Assembly (NCBI RefSeq): GCF_036971445.1
Contig: NC_091481.1
Location: forward strand, 10,106,001-10,170,000
DNA length: 64,000 nt
DNA from: Narcine bancroftii
Lineage: Eukaryota
Direction of reading: 5' to 3'
The notes beneath the pieces were generated by a model. It searched no databases, was not told where the DNA came from, and saw only the letters and a program-made list of their open reading frames with translations. The position numbers and the translations under genes were made by a program. Below are positions 1-11,715 of the stretch, one piece after another (the first letter of the stretch is position 1; the number at the start of each line of letters is the position of its first letter).

Positions 1-280
1 TTGTTAAGTTTTATCCTTTTTTTTGTAAGTGGGGTTTTTTCTATTTTATTTACAACATTGTTAATTAAATCTTCACTCTTTATTTTGGGGGAGGGTTAGA
101 CTAATTTTAAATTAGACGATTAATGTTGTGTTATAATTATTGGGGGGTTAATTTGTGTAGTTTAATGATGTAGTATTCTAATTTTTATTATCTTATTTTT
201 TATTATTTATTTAAATGTAATTTTTATTTTATTCATGTCATAAAATTTTAAATAAAGTTTTTAAAAAAAAAAAAGAAAGA
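1..280 (+). mobile_element. 3' end of a LINE (probably an L1-type 3'UTR) with polyA signal and A tail
   Basis: T-rich tract ending in AATAAA (~251-256) and an A-run (263-273); similar in style to the L1 3'UTR at 24330-24607. Confidence 0.5.
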
Positions 281-282
281 GA

Positions 283-724
283 AAATTCACTAGGATGTTG
301 CTCGGACTTCAGGAAATCAGTTCCAAGGAAAGGTTTAACAGGTTAAGACTTTATTCCCTGGAGGGTAGAAGAATGAGTGAGATTTGATAGAGATATTTAA
401 AATTATGAGGTGGATAGACAGTAAACATAGGTCAGCGTTATCCACTCAGAGACAAACCAGAAGATTTGGTATAAGAGTGAAATGGGAAAGTTGAGAGGGA
501 AAATTGGAAGAAATTTGTTCAGAGAGTAGAGGGTATGTGGAATGAGCTGCTGGGTGATGGTGAATGAGGAGTCAATTTTAATATTGAAGAATTTGGATGG
601 GTATGTGGATGGGACGGGTATGGTGGGCTATGGACTGGTTGCAGGTCAGTGGGAATGGGCCAAATAATAGTTCAGCACAGACTCTAAGGGCCAAAGGACC
701 TGCTTCTGTGCTGTACTGTTCTCT
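283..724 (+). mobile_element. CR1-type LINE 3' fragment
   Basis: Degenerate RT C-terminus (FTRMLLGLQEISSKERFNRLRLYSLEGRRM..LIEIFKIMR) followed by a CR1-like tail ending GGGCCAAAGGACCTGCTTCTGTGCTGTACTGTTCT. Confidence 0.75.
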
Positions 725-1072
725 GGAGACTGGAGGTTAATTGGGGGTGAAAGGCCTGTTATTGTCCTGCAGGTATAACTTTAAATGTTATGTCAGTACA
801 CAGGTAGCACAGACATAAAGTAGCAAGAAACAAACAGGGAAATGATTACTGACAGTTCAAAATGTAACAAATATTCCTTGGAATATTTAGGGATAACATT
901 TTATTTTGCTAACTTAGAAGACATATAAATGTTATGATGGTTGAATTGTAGACTTTTCTCGATGACTGTGAGCTTTTATGCTCCTCAAGCTTCTGAGCCA
1001 ATTTGCTGCACTTGCCAGAGCAGAAAACTCTCACCTGCTAGGAGTTGGATTAAGCTTTGATACTACATATAC

Positions 1073-3140
1073 TTTTTTTTTTGGAGTATTTTATTTTTGA
1101 TTTTCAAAGACTCCTATAAATTCAGGCAACAATACACTTTCTTACAACACTTATGTATATCATACCAAGTCCGTTTTTCCCCTCCCTCCCCTACCCCAAT
1201 ACAACAAAGAATAAAATTATATAAATTATACAAAGAAAACAAAAAAAAAACACAAATCCTGTCAACAACCCTTGCAAAAAACTGGAAAAAACCCATGTAC
1301 TTAAATAAAAAGGGGTAAGGGACAAAAAAAAAAACAAGAGCATGCTGTCTGCACCTCGTCCCACTTCATTGATCCCAAATGTTTCCTTTGAAGAAAGAAG
1401 GGAGGGAACAAGTAAGTTCCCCATATAATTCCTCATTTAACTTGAACTATCACATTTAAGCAATAACATAACAAACACATTTCCTACTATATTTATATTG
1501 TGTACATATTATATATACACACACACACACTCCTTCCATTAATTCCCTTTTATCCCCTTATTTATATTTAGTCCTAAGATGTTGGCAGGATTTTTACATA
1601 GTACATTACATCACCTGGGTTCTTAAAAAAAAAAACTTCTCCCCTCCTGCCCCTGTTACCTTTAGAATCACCTAAAATTTATTTTTACTAAATCAAGTTC
1701 CCTCTTGTGCCTTAAGAGTGCCACACCAATGTCTGGGTAGAAAAAAATTTACTCTCTCGTGTATCACCAGAACCTCTCCTTTCCTTTGCTCCAAAAGCTG
1801 CTGCCTGTAAAACTTGCTCTCTCTCATGTTAGCAAAGGAATCTAACCAGGAAAGAGCAAGGGTTGGGGGTGGGGGGTGAGGGGGGGGGTGAGGGGGGGGG
1901 GTGGGGGGGGGGGGGGTCAAGAGACTGGTTGGCTCCCTCTAATTTCAAATCTTCCCCCAATTTTTTCCATCCCTAGCACCTTCAGGATCCACTTTTTAAA
2001 GAACCCCACCGTCCCTTCCATCCCCTCCTTCACCCCCACAATCTTGATATTGCTTCTCCTGCTGCAATTTTCTAAAGTATCTATCTTTTCCCTCAGTCTC
2101 TCTCTCTCCCTCAACCAAACATCCATTTCATTCTCTCTCATCCATCCTTTCTTCCACCCTCTCAATTCTCTCCTCTGCTTCTGTCACCCTTTCTGTCAAG
2201 TTATCTATCCTGTCCTTGATCACCCCCTGATCTGCCACCAATTATGTCCCTCCTTTTTTTTCATGTTCTTCACTATTTACTATCTTTCTCCTCATCCACC
2301 TCAGTCTCCGACATTGAGTCGTCCAGCCTCTCTTCCCACCCTGCATGCCCGAGGCCTCTTCAGCCTCACCACTCCTGCTTCCCGCCTGGCCCGATGACTC
2401 GACTTCCCGACAAAGCTCCACGAGCAGCCTCCTCTCCATCCCCAGTGAGACAACCTTACCCAGTGAGTTTCTTTTTTTTTAGCCCGTCGAGATCCCCTTT
2501 CGAAAACTGCCACTGCTGTCGCAGCCTCAGGCCGTCTCCCTCGCATACAGGCCTCCTCAATGTCTGCAACCAACAGCGCTCCAGACCACACTCCCATTGC
2601 CTCACTCACAGCTCCCCCACTGACCCCCTCTCGAGTCAACCCCACTAGGGCTGCCCTCTCTTACTGCTCCAGGGGAGTTCTCATCCCGACTGCGGTCACA
2701 ATGTTGCATTTCCCCCATCCTTCACTACCACTACTATCGTCTCCTCAGGCCGACTCCCTCACATCCAGGCTTCCCTGTTGTCCACACCCGACAGCATTCC
2801 AGACCGCATTCCTGCCACCTCACTTGCAGCTCCCCACCAACCTCCTCTCAGGTCAGCCCCGCTAGGGCTGCCCTTTCCTACCACTCCAGGGGAGTTCTCA
2901 GCCTGACAGGGGATGTAATGTTGCGACCCCGACTCCAGTGCTGTCGGCTTCGTGGTTGGGTGATCCTTCTGCTCTTTATTTTCTCATTTTTTCTGAAACC
3001 AATGTTTTTTGTCTTCTTTATCATTTTTTTTTAACTTCTTGTGGTATTTTATTAATTTTATGGGGGAATTCCTTATATTAAACTGTCTGGGGTCCTCAAA
3101 AAACCAACTACTGCCCCCTCTACCGCCATCTTGGATCTAC
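1073..3140 (-). mobile_element. L1-family element with 5'UTR, decayed ORF1 and 3'UTR but no ORF2
   Basis: ORF1p motif REKIDTLENCSRRSNIKIVGVKEG (1917-2165, -). The 5' end AGATCCAAGATGGCGG and the 3' end GAGTCTTTGAAAATCAAAA match the + copy at 20503-24607. Poly-T at 1073-1082 on + is the A tail. Confidence 0.85.
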
Positions 3141-4518
3141 CCCACCCCCACCCTCATTCTTTATCTGCATTTTTTCTGTTACTGTCTGTGGAATTTGATA
3201 AAAGGTAAATTTACCATACGAATTTCATTCATAATATTTATTACCTTGAAAGAAGTTATGCTGTAAAAGCCCAAGGACTTCAGTAATTTATAAACTTTGC
3301 AAGAAATGGTCTGATCTCCTCAGCTGATGATTCATCTATGACAAGCCACTTTAATTAAAAGCTGAGTAGAATATTAAATTCTTAATATTCATAGTAAATT
3401 GAACATTCCAACTTTCCCAGTGGCAGAACCAGAGGATATAAAAGGCAAGTAATTGATGACAGAAACAGAAATGACAGAAGGAAAAGCTTTTTTTTTACAT
3501 AGAAATTAAAACCTGGATTGAACTGTTGAGAGTGGATTGTATTGAGTGTGCAGACAGATGTGCCAATCAGAAAGGACCTGGATAAGTAGCTGAAAGGAAC
3601 AAAATATGCAGGGCCATGGGGAGATGATGGGCGATCTGGATTGGCTTTCCATTGTGTCTAAATGCATTGAATACCCCAATTCCAAGCTGAATATTTCTTT
3701 TTGTCTTTTCTATCTTAAATGCAAAGCAATATGCCTGAGTGGAGAAAGGGGATTGTAGAGCAATAGAATGGCTGGAATATGAACCAGTAAACTAGTCTGG
3801 AACTGAGACAGGAATGGCTTGAGTCCAGGTCCATGACCTTGCTGTGTGTTTAGCCCCACATTCTAGCTTACTGAAAATTAGGGTCAAGATGTGGATACAT
3901 TACTACTCATGATGGGTTAGCTCCCTGTTTAAAACAGTCTGAGTTATGATTGTGGGCTTGAATAATATTTCCAAGCTTTGAAATTATCTCTTTCATCTTG
4001 CATTGCTTACTGATATAAGGCAAAAGAATTAATCAGTGTCATTGTCTAACCCAATCATTCAAAGGTACCCCTTCAGAAGATACAGAAGTATGAGTTTGGG
4101 TGGGGCTTCTAATGCTACAGAATTGATCATAAATGTCTCTGGCTGTATCAAAAAGAACTCTACCTTCATGGTTTTTCTATTATCAAAAATGACAGAAGAA
4201 AAAGCTTTTTTACATAGAGAAAAATTAAAACCTGGAATGAACTGTTAAGAGTGGACAGAGGCTTGGTATTAACTTTCAAGTATGGGTACTGCCATAAAAT
4301 AAGCTGTTAATGTTAAAGAATTTTTATGCTCATTGAGGTGAGGTTATTCCTTAGAAAAATTCCCCATTTCAGTTATTAGCTTCAAGTAATAAAGTACAAA
4401 ACAGACTATGAACAATCTGTCCCAAATAACGAACTGAAATGAACTTCTATATTTCCACTAATCTGTGTGATATCTGAATAAAATGATCAGCAAGAGTCCT
4501 GCTCTGGCCTAATATATA

Positions 4519-5215
4519 TAGTAAAACCCCTAGTTTCTGGAATTAAGCAACTGGCAAAAAAAATCAATGGAAGTACATTTTAATAATTAAAATAAATAAG
4601 AATAAAATAATAGATAAAATACATAAGTTTATATTTGTAAAAGTAAATGTTCTCTGAAGTTACACTTAAACCTTTGGAGAAGATGTGAGCAAATAATCAG
4701 CCAGTGGAGTGCCTTGGTCATGCTTTGCTCTTAGCAACTGTTTGAATGAAGTTGTGTGAAACAGCAGTGGTATCACCCAGGATGAAGAGCTGGTTGATTC
4801 CACTCGCCATTGCTGTGACTTGCTTAGTGTCTCCTTATCCCTACATTGTAAAAGTTGTCCAGGTCTGAGGCTTTATCTGTAAACTTGGGGGAGGAGGGAG
4901 TTAATTATCTGTGATGTTAATTGTTCATCTTTCAGGTGGTCAGGTGGCTCCATGAACGGTGGGGGGGGGGGGAGGAACCTGTAGATGCAGTGACAGTCAA
5001 ATGTTTTCAAAGAATGTGACTGAAAATAAAGTAAAATGCTTTAAAGTTTATATTTTCATGCAAGTGAAGTTTGTTCAGTGTAAGTACAGTATAGTCTTTT
5101 TGTCTTTTAAACTTTATTCTTAATGCAAGTGTATTAGCTAGGCATTGTAGGAGTGAGTCTCAAGCAACCGGAAAATACAAACCCCCATGGGTGTTGGATA
5201 CCAGAGGTTTTACTG
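4519..5215. mobile_element. Non-autonomous Tc1/mariner (pogo/Tigger-like) DNA transposon
   Basis: TIRs TAGTAAAACCCCTAGTTTCTGG (4519) and GGATACCAGAGGTTTTACTG (ending 5215), with TA on both flanks. Confidence 0.7.
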
Positions 5216-6245
5216 TATTGGGTTGAAAGATCCCATATGACAGAAACTCACTATTGAGGCAGGCTGCAACACTTCACAATCATACTTGGTGGGTTTAAAA
5301 CAACTTTCCTGCAGCTGAGGCATTCCAATCATTTCTCTTTAGATTGTCATCTGGAAGCAAAAAATGGCTTTCGCCTGAAGCTGAGGTGTGCTGTGCTTGG
5401 CAGAACTTGATAAGAATTCTCCAGTCTCGACACAAATATCGCACAGTGCAATGAACACAGGTAAAAAAGATTTTTTACTATGATTCTTCAGTAATAAAAT
5501 AAACTGAGCACCTTGAGTTTTTGTAGCTTGAAGCGTTAAAGAACCAGCAACTCCTGGAGAACGCTTATTGTGAAAATTTATCACTTGTCCCCTCAGGTGC
5601 AGAATTAATCTAAAAAGGTTTCTAAAAAAACAGGCCCTAATAACATGCCAATTATTTACCAGGTGCACAAAAGAATTTAACATTTGGTTGGAATTACACC
5701 TGATTAAGAAAATCATTACAACTTTGGGTTATACAATTTTAAATAGTTGCTACACCTGCAAAAAACAAAGGTTTCTCCAGCATTGTGTTTTTACTAAAGA
5801 ATGAAACACTTGTTTTTAATTTCTTACTGTCATATTGTCGTATTAGAATTTTTTCATAGTTCTAGCTTCACCCATCTACCCACTCACTCTCAAATCCCTT
5901 CCCTCTCTAAAACACCACTTTCTGTGGTAGAAATTCAAACATTTTTTGGTGAATAATGAGATTGATTTGAAAGGCAAAATATTTACTTGAAGTGCCCATG
6001 CACTTGTAGAACACAATGAGGACCTCTGAGTTCATGGCATGCTCGCTCATTGTAATGGTAGGGTATCCAGCATGGCATCAGTCAGTATGCAACATATATG
6101 CAAGTTGATGCTAATTCAGTGGATGATAGGCGTGCAAATTAAGGGGCCACCTTTACCTCAACTTCTGTTAGGGTGTCAGGTAATGAAGCAACCATGAAAT
6201 CTTCACCCATTGGCAAACTGTTTCTGTATTCACAGTAAGAGTTTA

Positions 6246-6480
6246 AGACCATAAGAAAAAAGGAGCAGAAACAGGCTATTCAGTTCAAGTCTGACCTGAC
6301 ATTTAATCATGAGCTGATTCATTTTCCCACTCAACCCCATTTCCCGGCCTTTTCCGTATAACATTTGATGCCCTCACTAATCAAGAACCTATCAATCTCT
6401 GCCTTAAATACACCCAATGACCAGGCCTCCACAGCCACCTGCGGCAACAAATTCCACAGAATTATCACCCTCTTCATTCT
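6246..6480 (-). mobile_element. CR1-type LINE 3' fragment
   Basis: Minus translation RVIILWNLLPQVAVEAWSLGVFKAEIDRFL is the CR1 ORF2 C-terminus, followed by the CR1 tail. Confidence 0.8.
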
Positions 6481-6754
6481 GTGGTTGTGGAATGAGGACC
6501 AACAGTACTGATATTGTTGCTGATACAGCTTAGAAATTGTGCAACCATTACTGAACTTCTGACCAATGACAAGGTACGTTATCTCAGAATCACAGTAATA
6601 CAGCAAAGGCATGTGACCATTTTGCCCATCTATACCAATCATATTTTTCTGCATTAGGTCCATTTATAGCATGGCTTACCTATGCAAGTGATTGTCTAAA
6701 TGTGTCTTAAACTAAGGGATTTTATCTGGTTCCTTCGGCTCTTTTGGTGGCATC

Positions 6755-7403
6755 AGTATCAGAATTTATTGTCCTGAACAAGTCATGATACTCGGTGTTT
6801 TGCAGCAACATCATAGAGTAAACATTCATATTATAACCATCTTACAACATTACTAGAAAAAAATAAAAATGCACGAAAAGTAAGGCAGTGTCTTTGGTTC
6901 ATTGATTATTCAGGAACCTGATGGCAGTGGGGAAGAAGCTGTCCTTATGTCATTGAGAGAAGAGGGTGTGTCCTGGGTGTTGGGGGTCTTTGAGGATAGA
7001 GCTGCTTTTTTAAGACACAGTTGGCAATGACCAATGACCTTGATGGAGTTGAGTCTGGTGCCTATTATGTCACAGGCTGAGGTAACAACCCTCTGGAATT
7101 TATTCTTGTCCTGAGAGTTAGTGCCTCCCTATCACCAAGCATGATGCAACCAGCCAGAATGCTCTTTACAGTACACCTGTTGAAGTTTTCAAGAGTTTTC
7201 GGTGACATACTGAATCTCCACAGACACCTCACAAAGTAGAGCTACTGGTGAGCCTTCTTTGTGATTGCATCAACATAGAGGCTCCATTCCAGATCCTCAG
7301 AGATGTTGACTCCCAGAAATTTGAAGTTCTTGACCTTCTTCACGACTTAGCCCTCGATGAGGACTGGGTCGTGTTCTCCTGACTGCCTTCTGTAGTCCAC
7401 AAT
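6755..7403 (-). mobile_element. Rex1/Babar-like LINE 3' fragment
   Basis: Colinear with the 53257-54520 copy; 3' terminus GACAATAAATTCTGAT on the minus strand. Confidence 0.75.
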
Positions 7404-7404
7404 G

Positions 7405-7690
7405 CATGATCCAAACATCAATACCTCTCTATGTAAAATAAAGTGTTCTCGTTGATCCCCTTTAAAATTTCTTCTCATCTTGAACCTATGCCTTTTTGAT
7501 TGAGGTATCCATACCACTGAAGAAAGATTCTCTCTATCCGGTCTTTGTCTGTAATAATTCAAGTCACCCCGCTGCCTCATTTGAAAAGCCTGACCTATCA
7601 ATCATTCCCCTAGAACTAAAGTTCTCTGATCCAGGCAATATCCTGGTGATGCTCCTTTGCACTCCTTCCTATGCAATTATGTCCTAGGTA
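7405..7690 (-). mobile_element. CR1-type LINE fragment
   Basis: CR1 antisense blocks such as CCAGGCAATATCCTGGTGATGCTCCTTTGCACTC and TCTCATCTTGAACCTATGCC. Confidence 0.55.
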
Positions 7691-8527
7691 TTGCCAGTAA
7701 TATGTATACTTGCAGAATGCCATTGTGTACTGGTTGAAGAATTGTCAACCCTTTCTAAATCTTCGCAAAAAATAACAGTAAAAAACAAGCACAAATGGAA
7801 CTGAGTTGTCTATTCCTTGTGCCCTGGACTGCTCGTGTTTATTAATTATGTTTAGTCCATGATAGGGTGGCCATTCCAAAGGAGGACATAGTCACCCTAG
7901 TTTATCACTGACAAAAAGAACATGAGAAGTAGGGTCAAACTCACTGACTTTCTGGTTATAAGACTGGAATTTTTTCAAAACTATTATTCTAAGTTACAAT
8001 AAGGAGCTCTTCGAAATTAACATCCACATCTATCTCCATAACTCTCCACCTGCCTTGTTTCTTTTATTGACAAAGATTTTGTGTTCTCTATCCAACCAAA
8101 CACCTGGCCAGAGAAAGACTTCCTGGAATGTTAATTATCCTGATTCTGTTGACCTTTTTGTAATAAGCAGAGAACACAGGAGGGTTACTTTGGGTAATTC
8201 TTTCCCAAAGGCACAGGTTTGCATTGACACACAATCACTCATGCATACATCATTAACACACTTCTGTCCAGATCATTTCACACTTCTCCTTTTTCTATTT
8301 GACCTATACAATGATTGAATGTTCCTATGGGACTGGTGTGTTTGCTTTGATCTCTCTTCTTCTCTAAAATGCTTTCAGCCAGTAACAGCCTGGGAAAAGC
8401 AATTTAATTGGATACAAGAATTTATTTTGTTATAATGTTGTTTAAAGAAGAGGTTTTGATTTTTTAGATTGTTTATAAAACTCTAAAGAGAATCCCAATT
8501 ATCTCTACAATGGACGTTACTGCTGTG

Positions 8528-9045
8528 CAGGGGTGCAATCCGCTGCACCAGGTGTTGGAGTGGGGAATGAGGAGTGCTATGGAAACGTGCATGTGTGAGT
8601 CATGTGTGTGTGATGTCAGATACATGGAGTTACGTTCTACAGGGAGTCTGGAAAAGTTGAGGGGTCGTGCTCAGGTTCAGTGTTCCTGGAAAGGGGGATA
8701 CCCTCCAGAACATTTAGAAGACTAGGTGCAGTGACTTACAGACTTCATTCACTCAATCTCAAAGACTATGAGTTGCTAAGTTAAAGACTTTGTATGTTTC
8801 CAATGAATACAATTTAAGTAACGTGGGATCTATAGTTACTGTGATTAGTGTAAGTTATAGTCAAATTCTTTGTAGTGTTAAAATCGAGTGAGTGCAATAC
8901 TTCATCATATTATTAAATTATACAATGCTCTCAATTAGACAACAATATATACAACACAGTGGCCGCCAAGGCCAGATCTAGCAAGACCTCCTTGTCATAA
9001 TTTTTGGTGAGCTCCAGGGCCTAAAAAATTAGCAATGCACCCCTG
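8528..9045. mobile_element. hAT-type MITE
   Basis: TIR CAGGGGTGCA (8528-8537) / TGCACCCCTG (9036-9045); imperfect 8-bp TSD CTGCTGTG / CTGCAGTT. Confidence 0.55.
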
Positions 9046-9369
9046 CTGCAGTTTAAGTAAAGTGGGCATGCACCTCGATACAATATGCGGCTAATATCCC
9101 AAATCAAACTGCTAATCTCTATGATAATTTTGGCCTGTAGCATTAAAAGCAACTGACAATGGAGGATTAGTTAAATTTTGATGTTCAAAGAATGTCTTTA
9201 GATGTTTCTCTGCCTTCATTTGATATCTAAATGCGCAGGAGAATATTTCTGGAATAACTTAATGTGTGGAGAAGTTAGTAACGTTTGACAGAAATATTGT
9301 TGTCAAAAAAGACAATGAATAAAATGGTTCTGAATTAAAAATTTTAATTAAAAAAAAAAATTATACATA

Positions 9370-9575
9370 CTGCACTGTAACAGGCAAATTCAGACCTATA
9401 AGTTCGCGCCACCCAATTTACTTATAACCTGGTACGTTTCTTTTTGAAAGGTGGGAGGAAACTGGAGCCCCAGGAGAAAACCCACACAGACATGAGGAGA
9501 GAACGTACAAGTTCCTCTTGCAGAGTGGGATTCAAACCCCAGTCTGGTTCCGACTGCTGACATTGCTACTGGTGC
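9370..9575 (-). mobile_element. tRNA-derived V-SINE (HE1-like)
   Basis: Reverse complement of the V-domain (GTTCTCTCCTCATGTCTGTGTGGGTTTTCTCCTGGGGCTCCAGTTTCCTCCCACC) and a box-B-like GGTTTGAATCCC. Confidence 0.75.
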
Positions 9576-10016
9576 AGACCCGCAAAGAGCCAGGAGCAGA
9601 GACACAGTGCTCCCCTGCAGGGTCCGAATGCTGAACTCTGTACTACCTTTAAAAAGCCTGTTAAAGGTGGTTTTATTTAAAATCCTGTGACTGTTGGATC
9701 TGGACCTAAGATGGCGGTGCCTATGATCAGCTGCAGCCATGAGGGGTTTCAGACTTCGGGGAACTAGAGGACTGGTGCAGGGCTCCAGAAAACAGTGAGA
9801 CCACCCTCCCCCCACCTCCCCCCAATCGCCCAGTTTGAGAAGAAGCAGAGGAGACAACTCACGGAACAGTGTCCATGGCAGCAGACCAGTGAGGGGCTCT
9901 CCGGCTGAGGAACACACACACAACGGGTTGTTGGTGACCCACGTTGGCTGCAGATGGTTGGAGACTGGCTCGAGGTATTGGAAATAGCTTCCCACATGTT
10001 GTGAGATTGATTTTAA

Positions 10017-10020
<4 letters not shown>

Positions 10021-10047
<27 letters not shown>
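10021..10047. repeat. (CA)n microsatellite
   Basis: Read directly. Confidence 0.95.
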
Positions 10048-10048
10048 C

Positions 10049-10292
10049 CCCTTTATGTATACATAGAGCAATATGTGCTGGGTAATGTGTGCGCACCGTG
10101 GTCCACAGACCCTTTATGTATTCATAGAGCAATATGTGCTGGGTAATGTGTGTGCACCATGGTCCACAGACCCTTTATGTATACATGGAGCAATATGTGC
10201 TGGGTAATGTGTGTGCACCATGGTCCACAGACCCTTTATGTATACATGGAGCAATATGTGCTGGGTAATGTGTGTGCACCATGGTCCACAGA
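10049..10292. repeat. Minisatellite, 4 x 61 bp
   Basis: Unit CCCTTTATGTATACATRGAGCAATATGTGCTGGGTAATGTGTGYGCACCRTGGTCCACAGA starting at 10049, 10110, 10171 and 10232. Confidence 0.95.
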
Positions 10293-10689
10293 ATCGCTCT
10301 TTCAGAGAATGATTGTATGTGGATAGTCAGATGATAATAAATTTGAGCTTGATTTCAAGGTTCTGAAATCTGTCACCACATCCAAATCTGTTCTACATAA
10401 TGATTTACAGATCACTTGCTAATCTTGAGAAATGAACATTTTCTTTTGCACTATTTAAAGTAACATGATAAGAATTGGACATATCCCAAGCAAAGTAGTG
10501 ATTGAAAACCCACCCCTTTAACATTAGTTACAGAGACTTCACAAAATGTTATAAAATGAAGGGTCCCTGGCAAATTTACATATGCTGTTAAGACTAACAT
10601 TAAAAAAAATATTAAATTCACAAGCCAATAGTCACACTGGAGGGTAGAATAATGGAAAAGGGGTGCCTTATCAGAGAATAACAATGAAC

Positions 10690-10992
10690 ATAACATAGAA
10701 CATTACAACATAGACTCTTCAGCCCACGATATTCTGCCAACCCTACTCAACAACTAAACCTTCCCTACCTCATACCCATAACCCTCTATTTTTCCTGTAT
10801 CCATGTGCTTGAGTCTTTTAAATGTCCCTATTGTCCCACCCTTCACCACCACCCCTGGCATTACATTCCAAACACCCACTTTTCTTTGTGTTTAAAAAAA
10901 AAAATCCCTGATGTTTCCCCTAAACTTTCTTCCCTTGTATTGTACAGATGTCCTTTAGTGTTGACTACTCTCACACCAGGAAAAAGGTGTTG
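10690..10992 (-). mobile_element. CR1-type LINE 3' fragment
   Basis: ACATAGAACATTACA tail motif followed by CR1 antisense body (ACCACCCCTGGCATTACATTCCAAACACCCACT). Confidence 0.7.
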
Positions 10993-11499
10993 AGACAAAA
11001 TATCTACTGCGATAGGAAAGATAACTTCCTGATATATTAAACCAGCAATTTAAGTCATTTTTTTAAGGCAAATATAAAGGGTCATGGCATGTTGGTTTCG
11101 TTTTACAAAAATCAAATTATAGAAAAATTCCTTGTAGAGAAATCACAATTAGCAAAGATTCAGATTTAAAATTCTTATTCTTGTGTAAAAATCATTCATG
11201 GCCTCACCCTTTTCTATTTCTGCAACTTCCTACAGTCTCTGAGAGCATCTTCATTCCATCAACTCTGTTTATGCATCCCCTATCATTTTGGTTTTCACGC
11301 ATCACTGTGCTTGCTAAGCTACCTCATTATCATTATTCAGGTGCCTTGCCATTCGGCACAGGCGATCATGTCTCTCCATCTGTCACGATCTCTGACCCTC
11401 CAAATTGTAGTTGTTGCCTCCCTGTTCTCCTTCGCCGAAGCTCCATCTTTGAGCTGAGACCATAGTCCATCTGTAAACCTATATCAGCTTTAGTTCAAT

Positions 11500-11715
11500 T
11501 TAAATTTTAGACATACATCACGGTAACAGGCCATTTTGGCCCACAAGTCCGTGCCACCCAATTTACACCCCACTAACCTACACCCCCAATACGTTTTGAA
11601 TGGTGTAAAAAAACAGGAACCCCTGAAGAAAAGCCACACAGACACAGGGAGATCGTACCAACTCCTTAGGTGCTATAAAGGCATTGTACTAAACGCTACG
11701 CCAACTGTGCTGCCC
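11500..11715 (-). mobile_element. V-SINE (HE1-like)
   Basis: Same family as 9370-9575 and 43175-43415. Confidence 0.7.

Larger units (their letters stand above)
9695..10335 (+). mobile_element. Non-coding bipartite retroposon: LINE-like 5' end plus Rex1-like 3' tail
   Basis: Begins near CTAAGATGGCGG and ends CAGATGATAATAAATTTGAGCTTGA, like the Rex1 tails at 35790-35865 and 59297-59360; no coding remnant; internal segment resembles 42715-42780. Confidence 0.5.

Noticed and set aside
1693-2865. Cluster of overlapping 65-173 aa ORFs as host genes
   Set aside because: They are off-frame or antisense readings of the L1 5'UTR/ORF1 and G/C tracts
5339-5716. 125-aa minus-strand ORF in unique sequence
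   Set aside because: No recognisable motif, non-ATG start and no supporting minus-strand exon chain
9396-10043. 215-aa minus-strand ORF
   Set aside because: It is stitched from a (TG)n run, a non-coding retroposon and a V-SINE
10049-10292. 61-bp periodic repeat as CRISPR repeat-spacer units
   Set aside because: The whole unit is repeated, so there are no variable spacers; it derives from a retroposon tail
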